Below, piece by piece: positions 37,392 to 47,721 of a stretch of 53,443 nucleotides of DNA. The translations under genes and the position numbers were made by a program. The stretch is from Sphingorhabdus sp. (GTDB lineage Bacteria > Pseudomonadota > Alphaproteobacteria > Sphingomonadales > Sphingomonadaceae), in assembly GCF_044354325.1 (NCBI RefSeq), contig NZ_JBILAF010000001.1, positions 1 through 53,443 on the forward strand. The letters are read 5' to 3'. The notes beneath the pieces are model-generated. The model had not been told where the DNA came from and did not search any database. It worked only from the letters and a program-made list of their open reading frames with translations. Each line of letters starts with the position of its first letter. The first letter of the stretch is position 1.

Positions 37392-38315
37392 TTAATTGCC
37401 TTTCCGGCGTATCGGGACCGGAATGTTGCAAATGTCTGCGCCGCCAGCGGGGATGTTGAAAAAGGCATCCCGCCGATTGGCGCGCGCGTCGGCATAGGCC
37501 GCAAAACTTTTGCTGTCTGTCGACAGATATTCGAACGCTGGCACGTCCTTCGCTGCGTTCCCAAGCCGCACCGACAGGATCGGCACGCGATCTTCTTCCT
37601 TCTCATAGAAACCAAGAGCGCCTGTGCCGCGTGGCAGGCTCGACATATGCTCGATGCCCTCAATCACGCGGCCCACAAGCGCAATGTTGCGATCCAAGTG
37701 CCGCGGCGCGTGACCAATGACAGTGTAAAGTTCCGCTCCGCTTCCAGTGTCGGGTGAGAGGTTCCGGCCAACACCGACCATGCCGTAGCAGTGCACGGGC
37801 CAAAGCCCCTCACGGCCTTGTGCCAGCGGCCAGCCAAGATAGAAGCCATGGGCACCCGCGTAGGCGTCTGGCCTTCCGTCTGCCCGGGCCAAAATCCAAT
37901 CCTTGGTCGGCCAGTCAGGGGTGACATAATCCTTCGCGTCCACGACCGACAACCCTTGCGGCAACGCCTTCTTCTCGGTCGCATCGCCCCATTGCACGAC
38001 ATAATTGTCCTGCACGCGGTTGATGCTGGTGCCGTCCCACCAATGCGCCGCGGCGAGTTTGCGGATATTGCTGACCCAACCCTGGCTGAACGGTGCAGGG
38101 ATCAATTGAATGACCACGCGGCGTTGCTTGCCTTTCGAATCGGGGGCGAGGTCCATCACCAATATATCCGACGGCGCGATGGCGGCCCAGTTGTCCGCTT
38201 TGGCTGCCGCCACAATCTCCGACGGCGCAAGGTAGGTTTTGGCGTCCTGTGCAGAGACGGGAAGAGCAGCGCAGATCGCGGCGCTGGCGAACAGGGGCAG
38301 ATATCTTTTCATCAA
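37392..38315 (-). CDS. Exported cyclophilin-type peptidyl-prolyl isomerase
   Basis: Signal peptide; RVQDNYVVQWGD, HCYGMVGVGR, ELYTVIGHAPRHLDRN...VGRVIEG. Confidence 0.85.
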   Translation of the reverse strand: MMKRYLPLFASAAICAALPVSAQDAKTYLAPSEIVAAAKADNWAAIAPSDILVMDLAPDSKGKQRRVVIQLIPAPFSQGWVSNIRKLAAAHWWDGTSINRVQDNYVVQWGDATEKKALPQGLSVVDAKDYVTPDWPTKDWILARADGRPDAYAGAHGFYLGWPLAQGREGLWPVHCYGMVGVGRNLSPDTGSGAELYTVIGHAPRHLDRNIALVGRVIEGIEHMSSLPRGTGALGFYEKEEDRVPILSVRLGNAAKDVPAFEYLSTDSKSFAAYADARANRRDAFFNIPAGGADICNIPVPIRRKGN

Positions 38316-38391
38316 TACGATTATGGCAAATCACTGTGCCTTGCGAAAGCGGAAAGGAGCGGCTAGGGGCGTGCATCCCTTAGGGGAATGC

Positions 38392-38481
38392 GGAGACGTG
38401 GCCGAGTGGTCGAAGGCGCACGCCTGGAAAGTGTGTATAGGGGTGACTCTATCGTGGGTTCGAATCCCACCGTCTCCGCCA
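38392..38481 (+). tRNA. tRNA-Ser (GGA)
   Basis: Acceptor stem GGAGACG/CGTCTCC, anticodon arm CACGC-CTGGAAA-GTGTG, long variable arm, GTGGG-TTCGAAT-CCCAC, encoded CCA. Confidence 0.97.
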
Positions 38482-38509
38482 GTTTTTGATGGCTCCAACA
38501 TCACCCCCG

Positions 38510-38767
38510 TTAAATGATGCGGGCGAATCCTGCCGCGCCACGTGCTGGGGGTGAACTTGCCTCAGGCTTGTTCAATTGCAGGGCGGTATTCAACATTTGC
38601 CCCACATCGCCTTCGTCCCAAAGGATGGCTTCCATGTTGCGAACGCATAAGCAGACTTTATCATCCGCTAAATCATACCAGATTTGCGTGGACGCACGGC
38701 GCGTTTTTACGAGGTTGTTGCGGCGCAGTTCCGCAAGTTGCTGGCTGAGTGCAGGTTGGCCTATGCC
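38510..38767 (-). pseudogene. 5'-truncated ArsR/SmtB (BigR-like) regulator remnant
   Basis: Missing from the ORF track. GIGQPALSQQLAELRRNNLVKTRRASTQIWYDLADDKV...AAGFARII*; no start codon between it and the upstream in-frame TGA. Confidence 0.75.
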
Positions 38768-38817
38768 CTTTGCTAAGCGGTCATTTCGGATTTCACCTTT
38801 ATAGTATCATTGGTTAC

Positions 38818-40662
38818 TCATTTGTTGAGATTGTTCGCCCGCGCGGCGATCCATTCATCGACCCGGCGTTCAAGGATGGACAAAGGTTGCGAACCTGACG
38901 CGATCAAAAGGTCGTGGAAACCCTTGATGTCGAATTTTGCGCCAAGCGCGGCCTCAGCCTTTTTGCGCTCCGCCATGATCTTGAGCATACCGATTTTGTA
39001 GCCAGTGGCTTGCCCGGGCAGCGTGATATAGCGGCGTACTTCGGAACGTGACCGTTCAATCGGCTGCCGGCCCGTTATGTTCATATAGGTCACGGCTTGG
39101 TCCTCGGTCCAACCCAGCGCGTGGATGCCCGTGTCGGTCACGAGACGCGCTGCACGGAACAGCTCTGCATCCAGCCGCATGAAATCCGCTGCAATGTCGG
39201 GAAACGCATTCATTTCCTTGCACAATGCTTCGGCATATAGCGCCCAGCCTTCGCCAAATGCGACATAGCCAGTGACCGAACGGAACTTTGGCCCGCCTTG
39301 CTGCCGGACCTGAATGTCGCCCTGGGTGTTGTGCCCTGGAACCGCTTCATGACACATCAGCGTGTATAGCGCCGCCGGATCGGGGGTCGTACCCACGAGG
39401 TGCACATAGGTGCGGGCGGGGCGCTTGCCATCGGGGCTTGGCGCAGACGCGTGCGCGGCACCGCCGGCGACTTCGCTGAATGCAGGTTCGCGCACCACTT
39501 CAATACCGAAAGCTGGCGTCATGCCGAAATAGGCGGGCAACAGCGTGCGCGTTTTGGCGACAAAGGCATTTGCGGTGGCGAGATATTCGGCACGTGCGGC
39601 GTCGTCATACGGCTTTGGCGGATATAGCCTGGCGCGTTCGGCATAAAAAGCGCTGCGGTCCTTGAACCCTGCCTTTTGCGCTAAGGCGTCCTGTTCCGCT
39701 TCAATGCGCGCCACTTCGTGAAGACCAATTTTGTGAATTTGGTCTGCGGTATAGTCGGTTGTCGTGTTGAGCTTCAGTTCGTTTGCGTAATAGTCCGCAC
39801 CGCCGGGAAGCGAGATGGCACCAACGCGGCCGCTTGGCGCAGCTGGCAAGCTTGCCTTGCCCCACGCAATCACGCGACCATAAGCAGGCTTCAGGTCAAC
39901 AATAGCCGCGCGCGCTTCGGCGCGCATGGCGTCCGCATCGCCGCGCGAGATTTTGCCCGCGGTGACCAATGCTTCGGTCTTGGCCTGCACATCTCCCCAA
40001 AGCGCCGAGTCTGGTCCGGTCGTGAATGGCGCGCCGCTGGTGAGCTTCTCGCTGCCGGAAATGACGGACTCGACCTGAAATTTGGGTGCGCGAATGCCAA
40101 CGCGTTCGCTCGCTTGCGTGCGTTCAATCGCCATGTCGAGCACCGCAGGCATGCCGCGCAGCCGGGCGATGTAATTCTTTAGGTCCGTGGCGTCGGCGAC
40201 CCCATGGGTGTTGACCAAAAAATCTGCCAGCTGGCTGTGCACCGAATATAGACGCGAGTAGAAAGGCGGGCGGTACATCCGGTTCGCTTCGCTTATGACA
40301 GCGCGGTCGGCTTCCAACGCCCAGATGTCGAAATTCACCTGTGCTTCGGGCGAAAGGTCGGCGCGGTTGAATGCGGCCTTCATGCGGGCGACGCTTGCCT
40401 GACGCCATTTGACCTGTTCGGCTGCCGCATTGTCGCTGATATCATTCCAGCGGTCGCCGCCGTCTTTCAGGCCAAGGCGCGTTGCCACTTGGGGCTGTTG
40501 CTTGAGATATTCGCTGAATTCCGCATCCAGAAATGCGGTTAGCCGCGCATCTTCGCTGGCCATGCCGACGGACGTGGCCGGGGCTTGGGCATATACAAAG
40601 CTGGCTGGCAAAATCAGGTTGGCACAGACGGCTGCGACGCCCATTTTCAAAATGCTTTTCAT
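38818..40662 (-). CDS. DUF885 family exported protein (putative metallopeptidase)
   Basis: Signal peptide; HEAVPGH, AFGEGWALYAE, RAARLVTDTGIH..GW, PGQATGYKIG, FDIKGFH. Confidence 0.9.
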   Translation of the reverse strand: MKSILKMGVAAVCANLILPASFVYAQAPATSVGMASEDARLTAFLDAEFSEYLKQQPQVATRLGLKDGGDRWNDISDNAAAEQVKWRQASVARMKAAFNRADLSPEAQVNFDIWALEADRAVISEANRMYRPPFYSRLYSVHSQLADFLVNTHGVADATDLKNYIARLRGMPAVLDMAIERTQASERVGIRAPKFQVESVISGSEKLTSGAPFTTGPDSALWGDVQAKTEALVTAGKISRGDADAMRAEARAAIVDLKPAYGRVIAWGKASLPAAPSGRVGAISLPGGADYYANELKLNTTTDYTADQIHKIGLHEVARIEAEQDALAQKAGFKDRSAFYAERARLYPPKPYDDAARAEYLATANAFVAKTRTLLPAYFGMTPAFGIEVVREPAFSEVAGGAAHASAPSPDGKRPARTYVHLVGTTPDPAALYTLMCHEAVPGHNTQGDIQVRQQGGPKFRSVTGYVAFGEGWALYAEALCKEMNAFPDIAADFMRLDAELFRAARLVTDTGIHALGWTEDQAVTYMNITGRQPIERSRSEVRRYITLPGQATGYKIGMLKIMAERKKAEAALGAKFDIKGFHDLLIASGSQPLSILERRVDEWIAARANNLNK

Positions 40663-40849
40663 AAACTCTCCGTATAATTGCTGCGGACCGTATGCCTGTG
40701 CGCCAGCCATGTGAAGCGATTTTAATGCGACGCACCTATGCCAGTTATTGGTCGGCGCAGATGAATTCACGTCACTGGCTTTTCGCCCGATGGCGCAATC
40801 GAAACCGTCAAGCTTTTGTCGGGAAACCCCGAACAGTATCGCGACGCTG

Positions 40850-42862
40850 CTATCGGGCTGAAAATTTCAGGCCGATCCAGAATATCCGGGGCGTTCCAAG
40901 GTCGATGGATGTTCCCACTTTGCGGGTCACAACCTCTTCATTGAGGATATTCTCAACCCGGCCGGTCAATGCGATCTGCCGGGTGAGGGGGATTTGTGCA
41001 AAGCCGTCAAAGGTAAGCGCCGATGGCAAAATATTCGCCTCAAGATCATCTTCGAATTGTGCGCCGACATAACGGGCTGTTGCGGACAATATTGCTCCGG
41101 CGCGTGGCGTCCACCGCACGGTCGCATTTGCAGCATGGCGGGGGCTTTGGGCGGGGGTGAGCCCGTTGAGGCCGCTGGCGATGCCTGATGCGCGCACTTT
41201 GCTGTGGCTGAACGCGTAAGATGCGGCAATGCTGACCGCACCAAATTGCGCTTCGCCGCTGAGCTCGGCGCCCTTGGCAATGACAGCATCGACATTGCCG
41301 CGCTGGCGCATATTATTGCCAATCGTGACGTTGGCGATGGCATCGTTGAGCCTGTTGTAGAATAATGTTGCGCCAAGTGTCACACCAGTGGCGGGCTGGA
41401 CATCAAACCCCGCCTCGACACCGCGCAGCTTTTCCACGTTCAGCGCTTCATTGGCGCGCGTTGCTACGGGGAAGACGGTAAATGGGCGGTAGAGTTCGTT
41501 CAAAGTGGGCAAACGAAAACCAGTATAGGCCGCGGTACGGAACGCGATGCCATCGGTCGGCGCATAGAGTGCCCCGACCCGAGCGCTGGACTGCCAACGT
41601 GCGCGATCGGCAAAGGCATCATCGCGCACGACGGCTCCATTCGTAGCGCGCTCCGCAAAAAAGCCATTGGTTATCTTCCAACGGTCTGCGCGGATGCCGC
41701 CGGTGAGCGTCAGATTGCCAAGCGTCCAATCATTCTCTGCGAAAACACCAAATGTCGCGCTGTTGCCACCGGCGTTGCGGCGTGCGGTGACGAGGCCAGT
41801 GACGCCGCTGTAGACATCTTCAAACAGCTCGCCTTCGGATAGCCGCGCATCGACGCCCATGCGCAATTGATGATCGCCGCCAACGGGTGGCCTGACCTCA
41901 ATTTTACCGCCGACGCCCGTGGATGGCGTGTTTCTTTGGTCGAGCGTTTTGCGGAACGACGTTGCGCTGATCACGATGTTGGTAAAGTTGCGCGCCTGAA
42001 TATAGGCCAGCGCGTCGACTTGCCAGCGGCCCTGCGACACGATGCGGATGCTTGCGTCTTGTCCTTCTGAGCTGCTGTCTGCGCCTGCAAATCTTAACGT
42101 CCGATGGTCCTGAAAAATCAGCCCACGCAACTGCAGTTCAACACCGTCCGCCAACGGCGCAACGGCGCGTAATCCGGTTGACCAGCTGTCGTAGGCGGCG
42201 CGGACGTCGGTGGGCTGGCGGGTGGCGCTTGGCGCGGTGTAAAACCCGTCGCCGCGATCCCACCGACCCGATATGCTGACAAATCCGGCACCGAGATCAG
42301 TCGCGAGGCCAGCGGACAATTCGCTGGCGTTGCCGCTGCCGTAAAAGGCGGACAATGCCGCGTCGGGCAGGTCGGCCCGCCCCGCGCTGTTCAGTTCGAT
42401 GGTCCCTGCGACGGCCCCTGCACCAAAGGCACCATTGCCGCCGCCGCGCGTGACGCGAATGGAGGATAAACGTTCGGGGGTGATCGCGCTAAAGGGGATG
42501 TAACCAAAAAACGGGTCGGCCTGAGGCACGCCATCAAGCAGCACCAGCGTGCGGCTTGACGCATTGCCGCCAAGCGCGCGCAAGGTGGCCCCTTGTGCCG
42601 ATGGATTGGCTGAACGGCTGTCCGAACGCCGGAACTGTTGAAATCCGGCAACATCGGCGAGGATATTTTCGATGCGGCCAGACGCTTCGCTGGTTAAGCG
42701 CGCGCGGTCGATTTCCACCGAACCATAAGCCGGGTCACCCTTCGTCTGGTCGAGCCCTTTTCCGGTGACAATGATAATCTGTTCGGCGCTCTCCTGCGCA
42801 TACGCGGCAGGCGCACCTATGACGAACGCCAATAGCGAGGTGCGAGCCAACAGCGTGATCAT
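40850..42862 (-). CDS. TonB-dependent receptor
   Basis: IIVTG TonB box, plug motifs (LRALG, LVLLDGVP, GAVAGTI), PTLNELY, NILN near the C-terminus. Confidence 0.9.
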   Translation of the reverse strand: MITLLARTSLLAFVIGAPAAYAQESAEQIIIVTGKGLDQTKGDPAYGSVEIDRARLTSEASGRIENILADVAGFQQFRRSDSRSANPSAQGATLRALGGNASSRTLVLLDGVPQADPFFGYIPFSAITPERLSSIRVTRGGGNGAFGAGAVAGTIELNSAGRADLPDAALSAFYGSGNASELSAGLATDLGAGFVSISGRWDRGDGFYTAPSATRQPTDVRAAYDSWSTGLRAVAPLADGVELQLRGLIFQDHRTLRFAGADSSSEGQDASIRIVSQGRWQVDALAYIQARNFTNIVISATSFRKTLDQRNTPSTGVGGKIEVRPPVGGDHQLRMGVDARLSEGELFEDVYSGVTGLVTARRNAGGNSATFGVFAENDWTLGNLTLTGGIRADRWKITNGFFAERATNGAVVRDDAFADRARWQSSARVGALYAPTDGIAFRTAAYTGFRLPTLNELYRPFTVFPVATRANEALNVEKLRGVEAGFDVQPATGVTLGATLFYNRLNDAIANVTIGNNMRQRGNVDAVIAKGAELSGEAQFGAVSIAASYAFSHSKVRASGIASGLNGLTPAQSPRHAANATVRWTPRAGAILSATARYVGAQFEDDLEANILPSALTFDGFAQIPLTRQIALTGRVENILNEEVVTRKVGTSIDLGTPRIFWIGLKFSAR

Positions 42863-43010
42863 GCAGGTTCCCAAAAAATGAAGGATAAGGATATTGCGGC
42901 GTTCTGAAGCCCATATATGCACCGTCAGCAATTTTTGAACCATAATATACCGAGGTTGCATTAATGGTCCGACACGGGCATTGGCGGCGCACGGAATTAG
43001 GAGAAGAGCT

Positions 43011-44507
43011 ATGCGTCAAATCGATCATTTCATTAGCGGTGGCACGGGCGCCAGCGCATCGCGTTTTGGCGACATAATGGATCCAAACAATGGCGGCGTT
43101 CAGGCCCGCGTTGCATTGGGCGATGCCGCTGTGTTGGAACGCGCGGTGCAGGCAGCATTGGCCGCGCAACCGGCGTGGGCGACGACTAACCCGCAGCGCC
43201 GTGCGCGCGTGATGTTTGAATTCAAGCGTCTGGTTGAAGCCAATATGGACGATCTGGCGCATATGCTTTCGTCCGAACATGGCAAAGTCATTGCCGACAG
43301 CAAGGGCGACATTCAGCGCGGGTTGGAAGTCATCGAATTCTGCTGCGGCATCCCGCATGTTATGAAGGGCGAATATAGCCAAGGCGCTGGCCCCGGCATT
43401 GACGTATATTCGATGCGTCAGCCTATTGGCGTTGGTGCAGGTATTACCCCGTTCAACTTCCCCGGCATGATCCCCTTGTGGATGTGTGGCCCCGCGATTG
43501 CGACGGGCAATGCCTTCATCATCAAGCCAAGCGAGCGCGACCCCAGTGTTCCTGTGCGGTTGGCGGAACTGTTTATCGAGGCTGGCTTGCCCGAAGGCAT
43601 TTGCCAGGTTGTGCATGGCGACAAGGAAATGGTCGACGCCATTCTTGACCATCCCGCCATCGGTGCGGTTAGCTTCGTCGGGTCGTCCGACATTGCGCAT
43701 TATGTCTACAATCGCGGCGTTGCCAACGGCAAGCGTGTGCAGGCCATGGGTGGCGCGAAGAACCATGGCATCGTCATGCCTGACGCAGACCTCGACCAAG
43801 TCGTCAATGATTTGGCGGGCGCGGCCTTTGGTTCAGCCGGTGAACGCTGCATGGCGCTTCCTGTCGTCGTGCCCGTTGGCGACGACACCGCAGAACGCCT
43901 GAAGGCGAAGCTCATTCCAGCGATACAAGCACTACGCGTCGGCGTCTCGACCGATGCCGAAGCGCATTATGGTCCTGTTGTAACCGCACAGCATAAGGCA
44001 AAGGTTGAGGTCTGGATCCAGACCTGCGTTGATGAAGGCGGCGAGCTGATTGTTGATGGACGCGGATTCAAGCTGCAGGGGCATGAAGAAGGTTACTTCA
44101 TTGGACCAACCTTGTTCGACCACGTCACCACCGACATGGAAAGCTATAAGGAAGAAATCTTCGGCCCAGTGCTGCAGATCGTCCGCGCGGCCAACTTTGA
44201 AGAGGCCTTGGCGCTTCCGTCGAAGCACCAATATGGCAATGGCGTCGCGATCTTCACCCGCAATGGCCACGCCGCCCGTGAGTTCGCGGCACGCGTCAAT
44301 GTCGGCATGGTCGGCATTAACGTGCCGATCCCGGTGCCGGTTGCCTATCACAGCTTTGGCGGCTGGAAACGCTCTGCCTTTGGCGACACCAACCAGCACG
44401 GCATGGAAGGCGTGAAGTTCTGGACCAAGGTCAAGACAATCACCCAGCGTTGGCCAGATGGCTCGCCCGACGGTGGCAACGCGTTCGTCATTCCCACCAT
44501 GGGGTAA
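43011..44507 (+). CDS. mmsA: CoA-acylating methylmalonate-semialdehyde dehydrogenase
   Basis: ITPFNFP, KPSERDP, FVGS, GGAKNH, GSAGERCMA, EEIFGPVL, INVPIPVP. Confidence 0.95.
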   Translation: MRQIDHFISGGTGASASRFGDIMDPNNGGVQARVALGDAAVLERAVQAALAAQPAWATTNPQRRARVMFEFKRLVEANMDDLAHMLSSEHGKVIADSKGDIQRGLEVIEFCCGIPHVMKGEYSQGAGPGIDVYSMRQPIGVGAGITPFNFPGMIPLWMCGPAIATGNAFIIKPSERDPSVPVRLAELFIEAGLPEGICQVVHGDKEMVDAILDHPAIGAVSFVGSSDIAHYVYNRGVANGKRVQAMGGAKNHGIVMPDADLDQVVNDLAGAAFGSAGERCMALPVVVPVGDDTAERLKAKLIPAIQALRVGVSTDAEAHYGPVVTAQHKAKVEVWIQTCVDEGGELIVDGRGFKLQGHEEGYFIGPTLFDHVTTDMESYKEEIFGPVLQIVRAANFEEALALPSKHQYGNGVAIFTRNGHAAREFAARVNVGMVGINVPIPVPVAYHSFGGWKRSAFGDTNQHGMEGVKFWTKVKTITQRWPDGSPDGGNAFVIPTMG

Positions 44508-44512
44508 ATCAC

Positions 44513-45388
44513 ATGAAAATCGCATTTATCGGTCTGGGCAACATGGGCGGCGGCATGGCCGCCAACCTCGTTAAGGCAGGGCACAAGGTAAATGCGTTTG
44601 ACCTATCGGCCGACGCATTGGCACGGACGCAGGAAAATGGCTGCGCCACCTTTACGTCGGTGCGTGATGCGGTCGATGGTGTTGACGCGGTCGTATCGAT
44701 GCTGCCCAATGGCAAAATCGTCGATAGCGTATTTGAAACCGATGTATTGGGCCATGCCCCCACAGGCGCGATATTGCTCGATTGTTCGACGATTGATGTT
44801 GATACCGCGCGCAAGGTGACGGCGGATGCTGTCGCAGCCGGCTATGACATGGTTGACGCGCCCGTCTCGGGTGGCATTGCGGCTGCAAATGGGGGCACAT
44901 TGACCTTCATGGTGGGTGGCACCGATACTGCCTTTGCGCGGGCAGAGCCGATCCTGTCGGCGATGGGCAAGGCTGTCATTCAAGCTGGCGGATCAGGGGC
45001 CGGTCAGGCGGCAAAGATATGCAACAACATGCTGCTGGGTGCATCGATGATTGCGACGTGCGAAACTTTTGCCATGGCGGAAAAGCTCGGGCTCGACCTT
45101 CAAACCTTTTACGACATTTCGTCGAAAGCCTCTGGCCAAAACTGGTCGATGACCAGCTATTGCCCGGTTCCCGGCGTCGGACCGACATCGCCTGCGGATA
45201 ATGATTATCAGGGCGGATTTGCGACCGCACTGATGCTGAAAGACCTTAAGCTGGCGATGGAAGCCGCGCAGTCCGTCAACGCCGATGTGCCCATGGGCGC
45301 GCGGGCGGCCGAACTATATGCGCAATTTGATGCAGACGGAAAAGGCGGCCTCGACTTTTCGGCGATCATTCAAAGCCTGAAAAACTAA
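44513..45388 (+). CDS. mmsB: 3-hydroxyisobutyrate dehydrogenase
   Basis: FIGLGNMGGGMA.NL, DAPVSGG, AKICNNM, YCPVPG, GGF...LMLKDL. Confidence 0.94.
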   Translation: MKIAFIGLGNMGGGMAANLVKAGHKVNAFDLSADALARTQENGCATFTSVRDAVDGVDAVVSMLPNGKIVDSVFETDVLGHAPTGAILLDCSTIDVDTARKVTADAVAAGYDMVDAPVSGGIAAANGGTLTFMVGGTDTAFARAEPILSAMGKAVIQAGGSGAGQAAKICNNMLLGASMIATCETFAMAEKLGLDLQTFYDISSKASGQNWSMTSYCPVPGVGPTSPADNDYQGGFATALMLKDLKLAMEAAQSVNADVPMGARAAELYAQFDADGKGGLDFSAIIQSLKN

Positions 45389-45528
45389 CGCCAGACATCT
45401 GGGCACTGCGCTTTGGTGATGCAGCGGGATTGCCAGCGCGACCCAAAACATTCTAGAACCATCGAGACATTCAATTTTACCCAGCGAGCAGATCGAAAAT
45501 GGCCTGCGCTGATATTGAGGAGCTTACC

Positions 45529-47529
45529 GTGCAGTCAGTCACCACGCAGAAAATCGATGATATCCTTGTTGTTCTTGTCGATAACCCGCCCGTTAATGCG
45601 CTGTCATGGCATGTCCGGCAGGGGCTGAAGGACGGTTTTGAACAGGCACTTGCCGACGACTCGGTCAAAGCGATTGTGCTGCGTTGTGCGGGATCAACCT
45701 TCATTGCAGGCGCCGACATCACCGAATTTGGAAAGCCACTGCAAGATCCTGACCTCAACGTGGTTCTCAGAATCATCGAAACTGCGCCGAAGCCGGTTGT
45801 GGCAGCAATTCATGGCACAGCGTTGGGCGGTGGTCTAGAAACAGCGCTTGTCTGCCATTACCGTATCGCGGTGCCATCGGCCCGGCTTGGCGTTCCAGAG
45901 GTCAAGCTTGGCCTTTTGCCGGGTGCGGGTGGCACGCAACGGCTTCCTCGTGTCGTGGGGATTGAGGCTGCCGCAACGATGTGCGCACTTGGGGAGCATT
46001 TGCCCGCCGCCAAGGCCCAGGCAATTGGCTTAGTCGACCGGCTTGCCGGTGAAGACAGCTTGGCGGAAGATGCCATCGCTTATGCACGTGAATTGATTTC
46101 GGTTGGTCCTCGGCCCACCCGCGATCGGCCTATTTCTGGCGACGTCGGGGTTATTGAACAGCTGAAGGCTGCCAATGCGAAAAAATGGCGCGGCTTTGAC
46201 GCGCCTTACGCCAATTTGGCGTGCGTTGAGGCCGCGACGCAACTGCCATTTGATGAAGGCATGAAATTCGAGCGCACTGAATTTCTTAAGCTGATGGGCG
46301 GGTCGCAATCGGCTGCGCAGCGCCACATGTTCTTTGCCGAACGACAGGCGGCGAAAATTGACGGACTGCCCAAGGATTTGGCACTGCGTAACATTAAGAA
46401 AGTCGGCGTTATTGGCGCAGGCACGATGGGCGGCGGCATATCGATGAATTTCCTATCCAAGGGGATTCCCGTGACCATCGTCGAAATGGTTCAGGAAAAT
46501 CTGGATCGCGGTGTGGGTGTCATCCGCAAAAATTACGAAAATAGTGCCGCCAAGGGCCGCTTCACGACCGAACAAGTTGAGGGCATGATGGGTCTGTTGA
46601 CGCCATCACTCGCGCTTGAGGACCTCGCCGATTGCGACCTCGTGATTGAAGCGGTGTATGAAAGCATGGACGTCAAGAAAGAGGTGTTTGGCAAGCTTGA
46701 TGCCATTTGTAAGCCGGGGGCAATTTTGGCGTCGAACACATCCTATCTCGATGTCGATGAAATTGCGGATAGCACCTCGCGTCCTCAAGACGTGGTTGGC
46801 ATGCACTTCTTCTCGCCCGCCAATGTGATGAAATTGTTGGAGGTCGTGCGCGGTGCAAAGACTGCGGATGACGTGCTCGCAACCGCGATGGCCATCGGCA
46901 AGAAAATCGGCAAAGTCGCGGTGGTCGCTGGCGTCTGTCACGGCTTTATTGGCAACCGGATGCTGTCAACGCGCCAACAGCCAGCGATGCAATTGTTGTT
47001 GGAAGGCGCAACACCTGCGCAAATAGACAAGGTCCATACCGATTTTGGCATGCCGATGGGGCCATTCCAGATGAGCGATCTCGCTGGCCTTGATATTGGC
47101 TGGCACCGCGACCCAAGCCGAATTGAAACGATCCGTGACGCCTTGTGCGCTGCCGGCCGTTTTGGTCAGAAAAACGGCAAGGGCTTTTACGATTATGATG
47201 AAAAGCGCGTCGGCACGCCAAGTGCTGAGGCGCTTGCTATCATAGAAGAGTTCCGGTCGACCTCTAACTTGCCGAAACGCGAGATCAGCGATCAGGAGAT
47301 TGTCGAACGCACACTCTATCCGATGGTTAATGAAGGCTACAAAATACTTCAGGAAGGCAAAGCCCAGCGGCCATCCGATATCGATGTGGTCTGGATCTAT
47401 GGCTATGGCTGGCCCATTTACCGCGGCGGCCCCATGTTCTGGGGTGATCTTGAAGGTGCTGGCAAGATCGTCGAAGCACTTGAGCGGCATGGCGTTGCGG
47501 TGGCAGAAAGCCTGAAGGCCAAGGCTTAA
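45529..47529 (+). CDS. Enoyl-CoA hydratase/3-hydroxyacyl-CoA dehydrogenase fusion (FadB/FadJ-like)
   Basis: [30 protein letters not shown]; GAGTMG.GI, ASNTS, GMHFFSP, GFIGNR. GTG start after GAGGAG. Confidence 0.93.
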   Translation: MQSVTTQKIDDILVVLVDNPPVNALSWHVRQGLKDGFEQALADDSVKAIVLRCAGSTFIAGADITEFGKPLQDPDLNVVLRIIETAPKPVVAAIHGTALGGGLETALVCHYRIAVPSARLGVPEVKLGLLPGAGGTQRLPRVVGIEAAATMCALGEHLPAAKAQAIGLVDRLAGEDSLAEDAIAYARELISVGPRPTRDRPISGDVGVIEQLKAANAKKWRGFDAPYANLACVEAATQLPFDEGMKFERTEFLKLMGGSQSAAQRHMFFAERQAAKIDGLPKDLALRNIKKVGVIGAGTMGGGISMNFLSKGIPVTIVEMVQENLDRGVGVIRKNYENSAAKGRFTTEQVEGMMGLLTPSLALEDLADCDLVIEAVYESMDVKKEVFGKLDAICKPGAILASNTSYLDVDEIADSTSRPQDVVGMHFFSPANVMKLLEVVRGAKTADDVLATAMAIGKKIGKVAVVAGVCHGFIGNRMLSTRQQPAMQLLLEGATPAQIDKVHTDFGMPMGPFQMSDLAGLDIGWHRDPSRIETIRDALCAAGRFGQKNGKGFYDYDEKRVGTPSAEALAIIEEFRSTSNLPKREISDQEIVERTLYPMVNEGYKILQEGKAQRPSDIDVVWIYGYGWPIYRGGPMFWGDLEGAGKIVEALERHGVAVAESLKAKA

Positions 47530-47721
47530 GCTCTAAGCGCCGATCAACAGTCATGTGTGCGAACGGTTGTCGCGAGCGGCGGCCGTTTGTACCTTATCGC
47601 GCAGCTACTGATCGCGAAACCACGTGCCGTTAACGGTCTTGTGCGGCTAGGCGTGTTCTGTGGACGTGATTGTTGGGTACTTCATGAAAAGAACCGGTCC
47701 TTTCATATAGGGGATTATACG

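Noticed and set aside
38392-38817. Intact prophage or integrative element at tRNA-Ser
   Set aside because: No integrase and no att duplication seen in the window.
42918-42930. TGC-N7-GCA LysR-like box upstream of mmsA
   Set aside because: Too short and degenerate to support, and no LysR gene is adjacent.
42735-43799. 354-aa minus-strand ORF
   Set aside because: Antisense shadow of mmsA with no recognisable motif.
47530-47721. Small gene or ncRNA between the FadB/J-like gene and the GT4 gene
   Set aside because: Only short unconvincing ORFs and one modest hairpin (~47684-47706), consistent with a terminator.
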